Part shown: positions 1-12,960 of the stretch, one piece after another
Numbering within the stretch: position 1 is the first letter of the stretch
How the letters are laid out: every line of letters starts with the position of its first letter
From: Chiloscyllium plagiosum
Lineage: Eukaryota
Assembly: GCF_004010195.1 (NCBI RefSeq)
Contig: NC_057728.1
Location: 48,100,043-48,164,042 of the forward strand
Direction of reading: 5' to 3'
DNA: 64,000 nt
Program-made: the position numbers and the translations under genes
The notes under the pieces: generated by a model
What the model saw: the letters and a program-made list of their open reading frames with translations, nothing else
Told to the model about the DNA's origin: nothing
The model's database searches: none

Positions 1-112
1 AAGCCCTTCATCAGGAATGAGGTCTGATTCTCCTGCTCCTTGGATGCTGTCTGACCTGCTGTGCTTTTCCAGCACCACACTCGTGACTCTGATCTCCAAT
101 CTTCACTTTCTC
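1..112. mobile_element. Penelope terminal-repeat fragment (family A), cut by the window edge
   Basis: Matches the family A repeat seen throughout the window (ctcctgctccttggatgctg.ctgacctgctgtgcttttccagcaccacactc). Confidence 0.75.
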
Positions 113-1689
113 TAGTTCACTTACAGGTGATTAGAAACGATTAATTGAAACAACATTTACATGTTTGAGCATTTGAATATTTTCATAAAAGTTGAGAACT
201 TTGTTATTTCTCTGAAATTGTGTGAACCATTCCTTTATGTGCAAGTGTAATCTCAGTGAACATCAGCTGTGGGAAAACTGTCACAAACCTCATTTCTGAG
301 AGCAAATGGAGATTTCTCCTGTTTGTTGCGTTGCGTTGCGTGCTAAAAAGTAATTTTGCAGACAAACTAATCTACAGGAACATGAGGACCGTTGTGTAAC
401 TAGTATTTGTGAGCAGTCAGTTCCCTTAGATTTAGAGTACTAATCTTATCATGGCTAGGACAGAGGTGTATTGGCAGTACATTAGAAAGCGTGATTAAAA
501 GGGGAAAGCTGAAATTGCTCTCATGTCAGCTGTTTTCCTTCACAGGATACTGAGTGGTTCCTGTCGCAACCAGATACTGATTGCATAAAACCTCAATCCA
601 GAAATGCTTGTCAAAAATCATTTCCTCAGCCAATTTGGACCTGCTGAGGTTGGAATAGCTTTGTCACATCCAAGGTGGCCTTCATTGTTCAGAGAGCGGG
701 GTTCAGTCATTCTGATTATAGCAGATATCCGCACTAGAGGCTTATGCTGTTGCCTTGCCCAGGCATTAAAAGGACAGCATCCTGAACAAACTGCACTGGC
801 ACATATTAAACATTCCTATAGCCTGATTTATTGCTTCACTGTAATTGTGACACATAAAATTATGCAGCAAATAGTCTTAGGAGATACGTGACCAAATAAT
901 CACTTATTGTTCTTATTGGACTGATTCACTCACAAAAAATTAATTTAGTTATTTAATTGGGTTAGATCGTATTTCTGTGCACAATTTTATAACTGAAATT
1001 TAAAGATTAGTTATCGAAGGAGCCAGGTAGATCAGAACTACAAAATCAAACTTTCTATTTCCAGAAAGGTGAACAATAGTATTTCCTTTACTCTGTTATC
1101 CTTTTATATAAAAAGAAATAGTCACAAAGCTCTGTGTTCCTTTTATACAAAGAATGTGGAGCCATGCCAGTCTGCTTTAAAACCAGTTCTGCTAAAAGGC
1201 CTGCTGATTCCAAAGACTTGGATGAGAAAATCAATTTTCAAACCTCATAAACATCACTTAAAAATCACTTCTGAAATGGTGACATAATGTCACTCAAATA
1301 ATTTGGTTGCACTTTGTAATGATATTAGCAGCATTTAAACTTGTGATTTAAAGACCTGGCTGCTGGTCTATTAGTCGTGCTTCACCTTTCACATTCTCAT
1401 CTCTACAACCCCTCCCTGTAATTCCCAGTTGTTATCATTTGCATTGCTCCTCATCAAAATGTATTCATCATCACTAATTTTGATGAATTATGTGCCTGTG
1501 ACAAATGTAAACATTCCCTTGTCATCCTTCTCTGTTTGTCTGCAGCCTTTCGTCCAGTTGACCGCATTCCAATGCTTCTCCTCTGTCATCTGCTCTTAAC
1601 TGGTTCCACTCTTAAACGTGTTCTCTTTATTTTTCTACTTCATACTAAGAGGGGCTGTATTTTTAAATTTTTTAACTTTGTTTCTTTAT

Positions 1690-1835
1690 TTTTTTCTACT
1701 TTGTACCTAAGATTTTGCACCTCGCTACCTTGTACCTAAGATGATGCCGGGAGCGGCGACGTTGTATACTTTTCACTGCACCCGTACCTCTTTACTTGAG
1801 TACACATGACAATAAAGTGTAATGCTAATTCTAAA
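1690..1835 (+). mobile_element. 3' tail of a LINE (Rex/Babar- or L2-like)
   Basis: cttttcactgca...gtacacatgacaataaa followed by short repeats resembles fish and shark LINE 3' ends; the family assignment is uncertain. Confidence 0.4.
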
Positions 1836-2368
1836 CATTTAATTATAGTCAGGGCATCATTAGCAAAGACTGAGTGGCAGCAGTGTGTATCATGTAGAAG
1901 ATACACCACAGCAACTCACTCAGGCTCCTTTGACAGCATCTTCCCAAACTGCAACCCTCACCACCTAGGACAAGAGGAGCACATGCAGAAGAACACCAGT
2001 ACCAGCAAGTTCCTCTCCAAGGCCAGCAACACTCTGGCTTCGCATAGTCAAGAATGAGAGATCACATCCAGAGTGAGACATGACCCGACTGAGTGTATAG
2101 TTCAACAATTTTGGCACAGCTTGCAGTGCAAATGGGCAGAGGTACTTTTTGCTTGCTTTTTTTTGGCTCATAAGTTTGTAAGGTGTTTTTGACAAGAAAA
2201 ATTGAAGCCAAGAATCAGGAGTCCAATGCTAAGCAAAGCATGATATCGCAGGCAAACTGTAAGTTTATTACTTGGTAATAGTTGCAAATTTGATGATCTG
2301 TTATAGGTTACTTTCAGATTTAAGCTAAATAGGAAGAATATTTATAGATAACAAGCAAAAAGACAAAA

Positions 2369-2629
2369 AGAAGAAAAATAAGACTTAAGTAAATAAAATA
2401 GAGGTGGAGGGCAGGTGATTTTTTTTTGTCCCTGCATGATGTGGGAGCTAGCGGATCCCATTGTGGTTCATGGTGACCACACCTGTGTCAAATATTGGTA
2501 GAAGAAAAATAAGACTTAAGTAAATAAAATAGAGGTGGAGGGCAGGTGATTTTTTTTGTCCCTGCATGATGTGGGAGCTAGCGGATCCCATTGTGGTTCA
2601 TGGTGACCACACCTGTGTCAAATGTTGGT
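2369..2629 (+). repeat. Tandem duplication of about 130 bp (2369-2499 and 2500-2629)
   Basis: The two adjacent copies differ by one T in a T-run and one substitution (aatattggt vs aatgttggt). Confidence 0.95.
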
Positions 2630-3385
2630 TGCTGAAGGAGTTCCAGCTCAGTGTTGATGAGCTTCAGACACTGTGACATATCAGGGTGGGGAGAGTTCCT
2701 TGGACACTGTGTTTAAGAAGGTCGTCACACTCCTTAGATTAATTACCTTGAGTTCAGTCAGTGATCAGGGACAGGAGTGTGTGACTCTGAGTGAGGCAGG
2801 TAGAGGAAAACAAGAGGTAGTGCTGCAGGGCCTCAGACTTTACCTAATAGATTTGAGGTTTGTGTGGGGAGTGTGGGGTGTAGGGCAGATGAGCAAAATG
2901 ACCATAGCACCGTGGTACAGGGTACCATTTAAAGGGAGAAGAGAAAAGAGAAATGTAGTTGTAATCAGCAATAATATAGTCGGGGGAGTAGACACTGTTC
3001 TCTGTGGCCAGGATCAAGAGTCTTGAAGGTTGTATTGTCTGCCTGGTGCTGAGGTTCAGGGTGTTTCATCTGGGCTGCAGAGTAACTTGGAGTGGCAGAG
3101 GAAAGATGAATTACTGTGGTCCACGTAGTTACCAACTGATAGAGGTAGAAAGAGGAAAATAAGGAGTGTAAGCAGTTAGGGGCTAAATTAAAAAGAAGAA
3201 CCAAAAAGGTAAACATATCCAGATTACTATCTGAACCACAAACTAATTAGCACAGGATCACCAAGATTATTGAGGTAAGTGCATAGCTCAAAGATTAGTA
3301 TGGGAGAAATGGGTTTGAATTCACAGGATTGGCACCAGTCCTGGGAAAGGGGGAACTGTAGCTATGGGACAGCTTGAAATTTTTT

Positions 3386-3690
3386 TTAGATTACTTACAG
3401 TGTGGAAACAGGCCCTTCGGTCCAACAAGTCCACACTGACCCTCCAAAGAGCAACCCACCTAGACCCATTCCCCAACATTTACCCCTTCACCTAACACTA
3501 TGGGCAATTTAGCATGGCCAATTCACCTAACCTTCACATTTTTGGACTGTGGGAGGAAACCAGAGCAAACCTATGCAGACACGGGGAGAATGTGCAAACT
3601 CCACACAGACAGTTGCCTGAGGCAGGAATTGAACCCGGGTCTCTGGCACTGTGAGGCAGCAGTGCTAACCATTGTGCCACCGTGCTGCCC
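3386..3690 (-). mobile_element. HE1-type tRNA-derived SINE (V-SINE superfamily)
   Basis: The reverse strand reads gggcagcacggtggcacaatggttagcactgctgcctcacag..gggttcaattcctg (A and B boxes), then the V-domain and a CR1-like tail ending in taatctaa. Confidence 0.88.
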
Positions 3691-4641
3691 ATTATGCTGG
3701 AGTCAAGAAAAATCGCATAACTAGGTCTGTAGATAAACTTTAAACTAAATAGTGGGTGGAGTGGGAGTGGTGAGTTCAGTCACTTGGAAAATTATAAAAT
3801 CAAAGGTAAAGGAAAAGATGAGTGATGGGGTTGGTTGTTACTGGAATGTAATAGAAAGGGAGAGAACAAGAGAATATCATAGTGTCTCAAGGAACCATAA
3901 AAGTGTAGGGAAATTTGATAATAGAACTTAAAGGCTCTGTATCTTGATGCACAAAGCATTTGGAATAAAGTAGATGAACTGACAGCACAAATCATAATAA
4001 ATGAATATGATCTCATAGCCATTACAACATGGTGACAAGGAGATCAAAACTGGGAATATTCAGGTATATTTAACCTTTCAGCAGGATGGTAAAGGTGGTG
4101 GGGTAGCACTGTTAATAAGAACGGCAAAGAGGACAGTTGTTAGAGATGTTCGAGGCTTGGATGATGTAGAGTCGATTTGGGCAGAAGTAAAAACAGCAAA
4201 ACCAAGAAGAAATTGGTAGGAATAGTGTACAGACACCCCAAACTGTAGCCACTGTGTAGAAAGGCTTTGAATCAACAAATGATAGGATGATGCAAAAAGA
4301 ATAGAGCAATAATTATGGATGATCTTAATCTTCATGTTAATTGGGTCAATCTAATTGGAAAGGGTTGCTATGACAACAAATTCATAGAATGCAATAGAGA
4401 TAGTTTTCTAGACAATATAGAATGAAGCCAGACAGAGAACAGACGATCTTTGATCTGATAATGGGTAATGAGGCAAGCTTAATAAATGACTTCAGAATAA
4501 AAGATCTCCCTGGATATCAGTGATCATAACACTGTAGAATTTAATATTCAGTTCGAGAGTGAGAAACTTGGGTTGAAAATAACTGTTTTTAACTTAGATA
4601 AAGGGAATTACAATAGACTTGAAGATAGACTTAGCTGAAGT

Positions 4642-6012
4642 ATTTAAGAAAGGCAATAAGGAAAAGCCAGGGAACGACAGACCGGTGAGCCTGACCTCAG
4701 TGGAAGGTAAGTTTTTGGAGGGGATTCTGAGAGACAGGATTTGCATGTATTTGGAAAGGCATGGACTGATTAGGGATGGTCAATGTGGGTTTGTGCGTGG
4801 GAAATCATGTCTCACTAATATGATTGAGCTTTTTTGAAGAAGTGACAAAGCATGCTATGAAGGCAAAGCAGTGGATGTTGTCTATATGGACTTCAGCAAG
4901 GTGTTCAAAAAGGTTCCACATGGTAGACTGGTTAGCAAGGTTATATCACATGGAATCCAAGGAGAGCTAGCCATTTGGATACAAAATTGGCTTGAAAATA
5001 AGAGACAGAAGGTGGTGGTGGAGGGTTGTTTTTTAGTTTGGAGGCCTGTGACCAGCAGTGTGCCACAAGAATTGGTACTGGGTCCCTTGGCTTTTGTGAT
5101 TTATGTAAATGATTTGGATGTGAATATAGGAGGAGTGGTTAGTATGTTTGCAGATGCCATCAAAATTGCTGGTGTTGCAGCAAAGAAGGTTATATCAGAG
5201 GAGTGGCAAATGGATTTTAATTTAGATAAGTGTGAGGTGTTGCTTTTTGGAAAGGCAAATCAGGGCAGGACTTAATATGCTTGTCTTGGGGAGTGTTGCT
5301 GAACAAAGAAACCCTAGGGTGCAGGTTCATTGTTCCTTGAAGGTGGTGTCACATGTAGACAGGATAACGAAGAAGGCACTTGGCATGCTTGCCTTTATTA
5401 GCCAATGCATTGAGCATAGGAGTTGGGATGTCATATGGCGGCTGTACAGGACATTGGTTAGGCCACGTTTGGAATACTGCATGCAATTCTGATCTCCCTG
5501 CTTTTGGAAAGATGTTGTGAAACTTGAAAGGGTGCAGAAAAGACTTATAATAATGTTGCCAAGGTTGGAAGGTTTGAGCTGTAGGGAGAGCCTGAATAGG
5601 CTGAGGGTATTTTCCATGGAGCATCAGAGACTGAGGGGTGATCTTATAGAAGTTTATAAAATCATGAGGGGCATTGATAGGGTGAATAACCAAGGTATTT
5701 TTCCAAAGGTAGGGAACTCCAAAACTAGAGACCATCGGTTTAAGGTGAGAGGGGAAGGATTTAAAAAGAACCTAAGGGGCAATGTTTTCACACAGAGGGT
5801 GGTGCATACATGGAATGAGCTGCCAGAAGAAGTGGTGGAGACTGGTATAATTATAACATTTAAAAGGCATCTGGATGCGTACATGAATAGGAAGGGTTGA
5901 GAGGGATATGTGTCAATTGCTGGCAAATTGGACTAGTTTAATTGATGGTATCTGGTCGGTGTGAATGAGTTAGACTGAAGAGTCTGTTTCCGTGCTGTAT
6001 GACTCTATGACT
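4642..6012 (+). mobile_element. 5'-truncated CR1 LINE (RT and 3' UTR) nested in the older CR1
   Basis: ORFs 4619-4837, 4871-5275, 5232-5492 and 5517-5900 give RPVSLTS, YMDFSK, MFADA and LEYCMQF; tail tatgactctatgact. Confidence 0.9.
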
Positions 6013-7632
6013 TTAAATGAACTTGGTGGATAGATAAGCAAGAATGATAATAAGCAAACTGTGGCAGATGGTTCAGGAGGTAATTCATGACTCTTAGCAA
6101 AAATATATTCCAGTAAGGAGGCAAGATTCTAAGAGAGGGATAAGTCAACTGTGGCTCACTAGGAAATTAAGGAGAGGATTAAGTTGAAAGAAGAAGTGTA
6201 TAAGGAAGCCAAAGTCAGTGATAGTCCTGAAAACTGGGATCAGTTCAGAATTTAGCAAAACGGAACTAAAAAGATAACAAAAATCGAAAAATCAAAGTCT
6301 AAATAGAAGTATTAAGTATAAAATAAAGTAAAAATAAAGCAAACTAGTGAGGAATATAAAAATTGTCAATAAAAGTTTCATTAAATATATTAAAAAAAAG
6401 AGAGGTCAAAGTGCATATCGACTTAGAAAGTGAATCTGGACAGATGGTTTTGCGCAACATGGAAATGCAGATGCATTGCATCAGTCTTTACAGTGGAAGC
6501 TACTTCAAACATTCCATTAATACAAAAGAATATGGGGAAGTGATAAAGTACCATCACCATCACCAAAACATTTCTAGTAGGCAAACTAAAGGGGCTAAAG
6601 ACAGATAAGTTCCCTGGCCCTGATGGCTTGCTTCCTCAAATAGACAGCTACAGAGATACTGGTGCATTGTTTGTAATTTTCCAAAATTTGTTGGATTGTG
6701 AAGAAATACCCAAAGATTGGATAGCTGCTAATATACACTCCTATTCAAAAAGTGAACAAGACAAAAAGTGGGTAACTATAAGCCAATTAACCTCACATCT
6801 ATTGTTAGAAAAGTATTGGAATAAATTATGAAGAAAGTAATTTGGAAAATCATAATCTAATCAAGCAGAGTCTTGAAAAGGAAATCATGTCTGACTAATT
6901 TATTGGTGTTTTGAGAAAGTCTCAACCAGAGTGGATAGAGGGGAATCAGTAGATATGTTGTAATTAGACTCCTAGAAGACATGTGACAAGGTACCTCACA
7001 AGATGTTAAGATAATAGCCCATGTTAGTGGAAGTAGTTTATTGGCATTGATGAAGAATCATTTTATAGGCAAGAATCAGCGAAAGGGGATAAGGGGTTCA
7101 TTTCAGGTTGGCAACCCTTGACCAGTGAGGTTCCACAGGGATCAGTGCTGGAACTGCAACTGTTTACAGTATGTTTTAATGACTGGAAGGAAGGAAATGA
7201 ATTTACCACAGCCAAATTTACAATCAACACAAAAATAGGTGGAAAGACATATTGTGAGAGGGAGACAAACAGTTTACAGAGAGACATTGATTAAGTAAAT
7301 GAGCAAACAGTTGGCAAATAGAGTATAATTTATGAAAATGCAAAGTTGTTCACCTGGGAAGAGAGAACAAAAGAACAGAATGTTAGTTAAATGGAGAAAA
7401 ACTGCAGAAAGCTGCATCACAGAGGAACATGGGGGTACTTGTGCACAAAACCCAGGAAGCTAGGCACAGGTATAGCAGGTAAATATGAAGACTAATTGAA
7501 TGTTGATTCTTATTTTAAGGGGGTTAGAGTACAAGAGTTGGAAAGTCTTACTGCAGCTATACAAGGCATTGGTGAGACCATATTTGAAGTACTGTGAGTA
7601 GTTATTGAAGAAAAGGTATAATTTCATTGGAG

Positions 7633-8356
7633 TTTAGATTAGAGTGGTGCTGGAAAAACACAGCAGGTCGGGCAGCATCCCAGGAGCAGGAAAATTGACA
7701 TTTTGGGCAAAAGCCCTTCATCAGGAATAGAGGCAGGGTGCCTGCAGAGTGGAGAGATAAATGAGAGGGGGGTGGGAGTGGGGAGAAAGTAGCATTGAAG
7801 TACACATTGATACCCTGGGGTTGAAGTGTTCCGAGGCGGAAGATGAGGCGTTCTTCCTCCAGGCATCGGGTGGTGAGGGAGCAGTGGTGAAGGAGGCCCA
7901 GGATCTCCATGTCCTCGGCTGAGTGGGAGGGGGAGTTGAAATGTTGGGCCACAGGGCGGTGGGGTTGATTGGTGCGGGTGTCCTGGAGATATTCCCTAAA
8001 GTGCTCTGCTAGAAGGCATCCAGTCTCCCCAATGTAAAGGAGACCACATCGGGAGCAACGGATACAATAAACCGTAGTGTTCAGTAAAGAGGGGAATGAG
8101 TCTGGGTGGGTTGCTCTTCGGAGGGTCAGTATGGACTTGTTGGACCGAAGGGCCTGTTTCCACACTAAGTAATCTAATCTAATCTAAATGATATTGGTGG
8201 ATGTGCAGGTAAAACTTTGATAGATGTGGAAGGCTCCTTTGGGACCTTGGATGGAGGTGAGGGAGGAGGTGTGGGNNNNNNNNNNNNNNNNNNNNNNNNN
8301 NNNNNNNNNNNNNNNNNNNNNNNNGGGGGGGCGTGGACCTGACCAGGTAGTCACAG
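7633..8356 (-). mobile_element. Penelope element 3' part (GIY-YIG endonuclease and terminal repeat) with 13-bp TSD; contains an HE1 tail fragment (about 8072-8187) and an N gap
   Basis: ORF 7602-8165 gives VYCIRCSRCGLLYIGETG...RLGTLQPQGIN (GIY-YIG). TSD AATTTCATTGGAG at 7620-7632 and 8357-8369. Confidence 0.92.
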
Positions 8357-9369
8357 AATTTCATTGGAGACAGTTCAGAGAATATTATTGAAATGATCCT
8401 GGGTATGAAGGGCTTGTATTTTGAGCAAAGGCTAAATGGTTTGGGATTCTACTTGTTAGAGTTTAGAAGAACGAGAGGTGATTTAATTGAAACATATAAG
8501 ATTTTTACGGTGCTTGACAGGGTAAATGCTGAGAGGATGTTTCCCATTATTGGAGAGTCTAGGACCAGGGGACACAAATTTAAGACTGAGATAAGGAGGA
8601 ATTCCTAATCTGAGTGTTGAGAGTCTTTGGAATTCCTTGCTACAGAGAATTGTGGGAGCAGTGTTCTTGTGTATATTTAAGGCTGAGATAGATAAATTCT
8701 TGATCAGTAAGGGAATCAAGGGTTATGAGGAAAGAACAGGAAAGTGGACACAAGGAGTATCAGATCAACCATGATCCTTTTGAATGGCAAAGTAGGCTCG
8801 AAGAACCAAATGGCTTTTTCCTGTTCCTGTTTCTTATGGTCTTATGTTTAGTTCACTGTCACTGGGTCACATCCTTGGACTTGCCTCAGAACGAGACTCT
8901 GGATGTATCTACTGGCAACCACATCTCAAAGGCAATTAAAAACAGACAATAAATGCTGACCCAGCCAGCAATGCTGTGAAAGAATAAAAATAAACTGGAA
9001 TCTGAATTATTCTCTCCTTATGGGGCTGAGTGTCATACTTTGGTTTACCATGCTCTTTTGAAGTGCTTTGTGACAATTTATGATGTTCAGTACATTTTAT
9101 AAATATATTTGATTTTGCTGTACTGTTAACTGATCTCTTTCAAATTACAAATTTAATTTTATTAATAATTTGTTAAGCTTAATTAACATAATTATAAGCT
9201 ATAACAACTTATAAACTTGGCAATAATGATGTTAACAAAACAAAAGTTCTGTGAATCAGGTTAAATAATCAAAGAGTGAATTATACAGAAATCTTTAACA
9301 TTATTTTTGCAGTGACATTTGTATGCACATCATTCTATATCTGAACATTGACCACACTTTGTTAAGTGC

Positions 9370-9529
9370 TGAAAATGTGTTGCTGGAAAAGCGCAGCAGG
9401 TCAGGCAGCATCCAGGGAACAGGANNNNNNNNNNNNNNNNNNNNNNNNNNNNNNNNNNNNNNNNNNNNNNNNTTCCAGCAACACATTTTCAGCTCTGATC
9501 TCCAGCATCTGCAGACCTCACTTTCTCCT
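9370..9529. mobile_element. Short palindromic Penelope terminal-repeat insertion (family A) with a central gap
   Basis: Inverted arms (gaaaatgtgttgctggaa and ttccagcaacacattttc); duplicated target CACACTTTGTTAAGTGC at 9353-9369 and 9530-9546. Confidence 0.85.
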
Positions 9530-11593
9530 CACACTTTGTTAAGTGCCAGTCAGGTTTGGTGGGAAGTACTATTTGGGAGAGTGAAAAGCACTGATTGGAA
9601 AGGGAGGGATAATCCTAGTTGGAATAAATGGGAAATATTAATTGGATTGGTGGGATGGCTTGGTAGGGATCAATAAGAGGGAAAAGGTATAAAAGAGACC
9701 TAAGGTACAACTTTTACATGTCTGTGGAATGAGCTGCCAGAGGAAGTGGTGGAGGCTGGTACAATTGCAACATTTAAAAGGCATTTGAATGGGTATATGA
9801 CTCTAAGAGCTTGTCAGGATTGGTGGGAAGTGCTGCTTGGGATCATGAAAAAGCATTGATTGTGATTAATGGATATTGATGGTCAAGACCAGGGTGAAAG
9901 TTCACAGTGATCAGGGAGGGCAACAACAATTGCAATTCAGAAAGGAGAGAAACAGTGGTTGGCAATTGACCATGTAGTTTGAATGTGGAACTTTCAGTTG
10001 ACTAAACAAATCTGGTCAATCATCATAGCCCTTTTAACGATTTGCCTGACCGATCTGCAGAGATATTACAAACAATTTGCTGTGTGAAAGTCTGATTAGC
10101 TGAATTCTTTATCAGTATTTAAATTATTGCCAAATTTCGAAGATTCAAGGTTGAACTGATGCTGCTCACAACTTCGTGATGGTCTACCCACATTGTAACA
10201 CACTCCAGCCCCAACTGGTATGCATTTAAATTTGAGCTATACTGCAAGAATTAATTGCAGGAAAGAAACAAATTAGCTTTTTTTTCCATGGTTTAAAAAT
10301 CATAATGTGCTTTTAATGTTTTGGAACAAATTCTTTTGCCTGAGATCCACTGGGATTGGCATGTTTGTTTTTGCAGTGGCAGAAATTCACCTCTCTGAGA
10401 TGTAACCCAAATCCTTCATCCCGCTCCATGGTCAGAGACGATCTTCCACCTAATTAATGTCTTCCTTCCATCTGCACACTTGTCACTTCATTTAACTCAG
10501 CAGATCAAACCGGAGTGCTAGTGGAGCAGTACATGGAAGACAGGGATTTGATGTACAAAGAGGAAGCAACTCCCTAATCTGAGTGCACAAGGTTAGGGTG
10601 CAACGACTCTCAACAGGCAAACGTCCAGTTCAGTCAAATCCCAGCCCAACAAATGAACCGAAGGCCGAGGACCAGGACTGTGGGCGTTCCACATTTAGAG
10701 AGCTCTGAATAAACATTGCAGAGAGTATTTAAAGAAATGACAGCGCTTAAATAAACAATTTAAAACCATCGTCAGATAAGGTAGCATTACATTGTAATGA
10801 ACAACAGCACAATTTTAGTAATCTACTAAAACTGGGCTGTGACCTATTCCCAGATTTATGGCCTTGAGCAGTGAGGTGGTCCAGTGTGATGGGCAGGTGG
10901 AGCTTCCTTTTTGAAGTAAATACTCCATTAATCTCATTTTGTAAAGACTACTCCTCTTATACTGATTACATAAAACTAACATTTTAGGCACAGTGTCTCA
11001 CATTTGTATTTTGACTCAATTTTCAATGCGCCAGCCATTTCAAACTCTTGTGGTAACAAGCATCATTAAAGTCAGGCTCAGGATTCCCTCCACCAGCAGT
11101 TTAGTTCACTTCTACAGATAGATGTATCAAGAATTTCAATGCAGCAACAAAATGAATAGCAATTGTTATTGTTTCACCTATAACCGCATTTTACTCCCTA
11201 ATTAGGTTGCAGCTTGTTAATGTACAAGTGCATTTTTGATTATGTTTGCACAATTTGTAGTAACTTTAAGTTAATAACAATTCTTCTTATTAAAGTAAAG
11301 ATCTACTGTTCTTAGGGGTTGCGTTTTTGGAAAATTACACAAATTCACAAAAGACGGTTATCTTTTACAACAGGAGTCAATTGGTTACAGCTGTGCACAG
11401 ATTTAATATGTCCAGTATACAATAGAAGATAAAAGACAATAAAAATATTTTAATTCAATTAAAGATGTCCTGCTTGAAAGATCTATTAATAAATAAGAAA
11501 TATATAATATTTGTCACACTTGCCTTTGTTATAAGGCTCTCCAACAGAATGCGAAGATGGTAACAAAAATGAACAACCAGATGCATGCACTCT

Positions 11594-12220
11594 ATAAGAC
11601 CATAAACCCATAAGACATAGGAGCAGAAATTAGGCCATTCAGCCCATCAAGTCTGCTCTGCCATGGATGATAGGTTTCTTATCCCCATTCATTTGCTTTC
11701 CCCCATAACCCTTGATTCCCTTGACAATCAAGAACTTATCAATCTCTGTCTTAAAATCACTCAGTGACCTGGCTTCCACAGCCTTCTATGGCGGTGAATT
11801 CCATAGATTCATCACTCTCTGGCTGAAGAAGTTTCTCATCTCCATTCTGAACTGTCTTCCCTTTACTTTAAGGCTGAGCCCTCTGGTCCTAATCTCTCCT
11901 ACTAATGGAAACATCTTCCCAACAACCACTCTATCCAGACCATTCAGTATTCTGTAAGTTTCTATTAGATTCCCCCCCCCTCCCCCATCCTTCTAAACTC
12001 CATTGAGTATGGACTCAGAGTCCTCAAACGGTCCTCATATGTTGAGCTTTTCATTTCTGAGTCCATTCTCGTAAACACGCGCCAGGGCCAGTACATCCTT
12101 CATGAGATATGGGGCCGAAAACTGTGCACAATAATCCAAATATGGCCTGACCAAAACCTTATAGAGCCTCAGGATTAATCCCTACTTTTATATTCAAGTC
12201 CCGTCGAAATAAATGCCAAC
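11594..12220 (-). mobile_element. CR1 LINE 3' fragment
   Basis: The tail (ataagaccataa...) is the reverse complement of the CR1 3' repeat at 31155-31172, and the body matches the CR1 ORF2 C-terminus. Confidence 0.85.
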
Positions 12221-12599
12221 TACTAAACAGAATGACAAACAACACATGAATATTAAACGTGTTCTATTCCAATAAATACTGTACAGTAGATCATGACATC
12301 TACAGCATCTCAGTTTTGTTTTTAGCAACTTAGGAGCATTTACATTTGACATTTTCTCCAAGTTTCCTTTTTCTTCTGAAACCTATAGATAATCAAACTG
12401 CAATGGGTGAAATGTATGTAATGTTTTGTGTTATAGGCAAGTTTGCAGATGGCAAAGATGTGAAGATTTACAACGTTTGACCAAATTGCACAAGAGCCCC
12501 TCTTTAAGATGCTAGGAAATGGCTAATAAACATTCTGTTCCGCACTGCCCCACGTATGGTTCCAGAATTTACAGGAAAGGGTTTCTGGGTCGGATGAGT

Positions 12600-12960
12600 T
12601 GAGAATATTGTGTCATTTTATTGTGTGAAGAAGAATTTTAATTTTGAGACTTTGGAGGACCAAGAGTAAATATGGGTCAGCGAGGATGGCATGATGTCCA
12701 TGTGTGACTTGAGATGTGATAGAGCAGCAGGGCTTCTAGGTGGCAATCTGGGGAGAGTTGAAGTAATTGACTCTTGAAAGTGACAAAGGATTGATGAGAT
12801 GAGGCACAAGTGGACTGAGACTGGGCAGAGAAAGGCAATTTAAATGAGTTAGAAATAGGTGGGCTTTACATTGGTGAGATATGGGTGTACATGTTTAGAT
12901 CAGAGTTAAATAGAATTCTATATTTGGAAACATGCCAGTATCTGGCCAGGGGGGCCTTCA
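12600..12960 (-). mobile_element. Ancient L2-like LINE fragment
   Basis: Degenerate reverse-strand similarity to the L2 ORF2 C-terminal region; boundaries are approximate. Confidence 0.45.

Larger units (their letters stand above)
2200..8850 (+). mobile_element. Old, near full-length CR1 LINE (ORF1 zinc finger and SGNH esterase, ORF2 APE and RT), decayed and hosting nested insertions
   Basis: ORF1-like CMMWE...DHTC.KC at about 2430-2630 and VVVISNNIVGGVDTVLCGQD at about 2950-3020. APE-like LYLDAQSIWNKVDEL at about 3935, RT fragments at 6600-7600 and a 3' tail cttatggtcttatg at about 8835. Confidence 0.85.
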
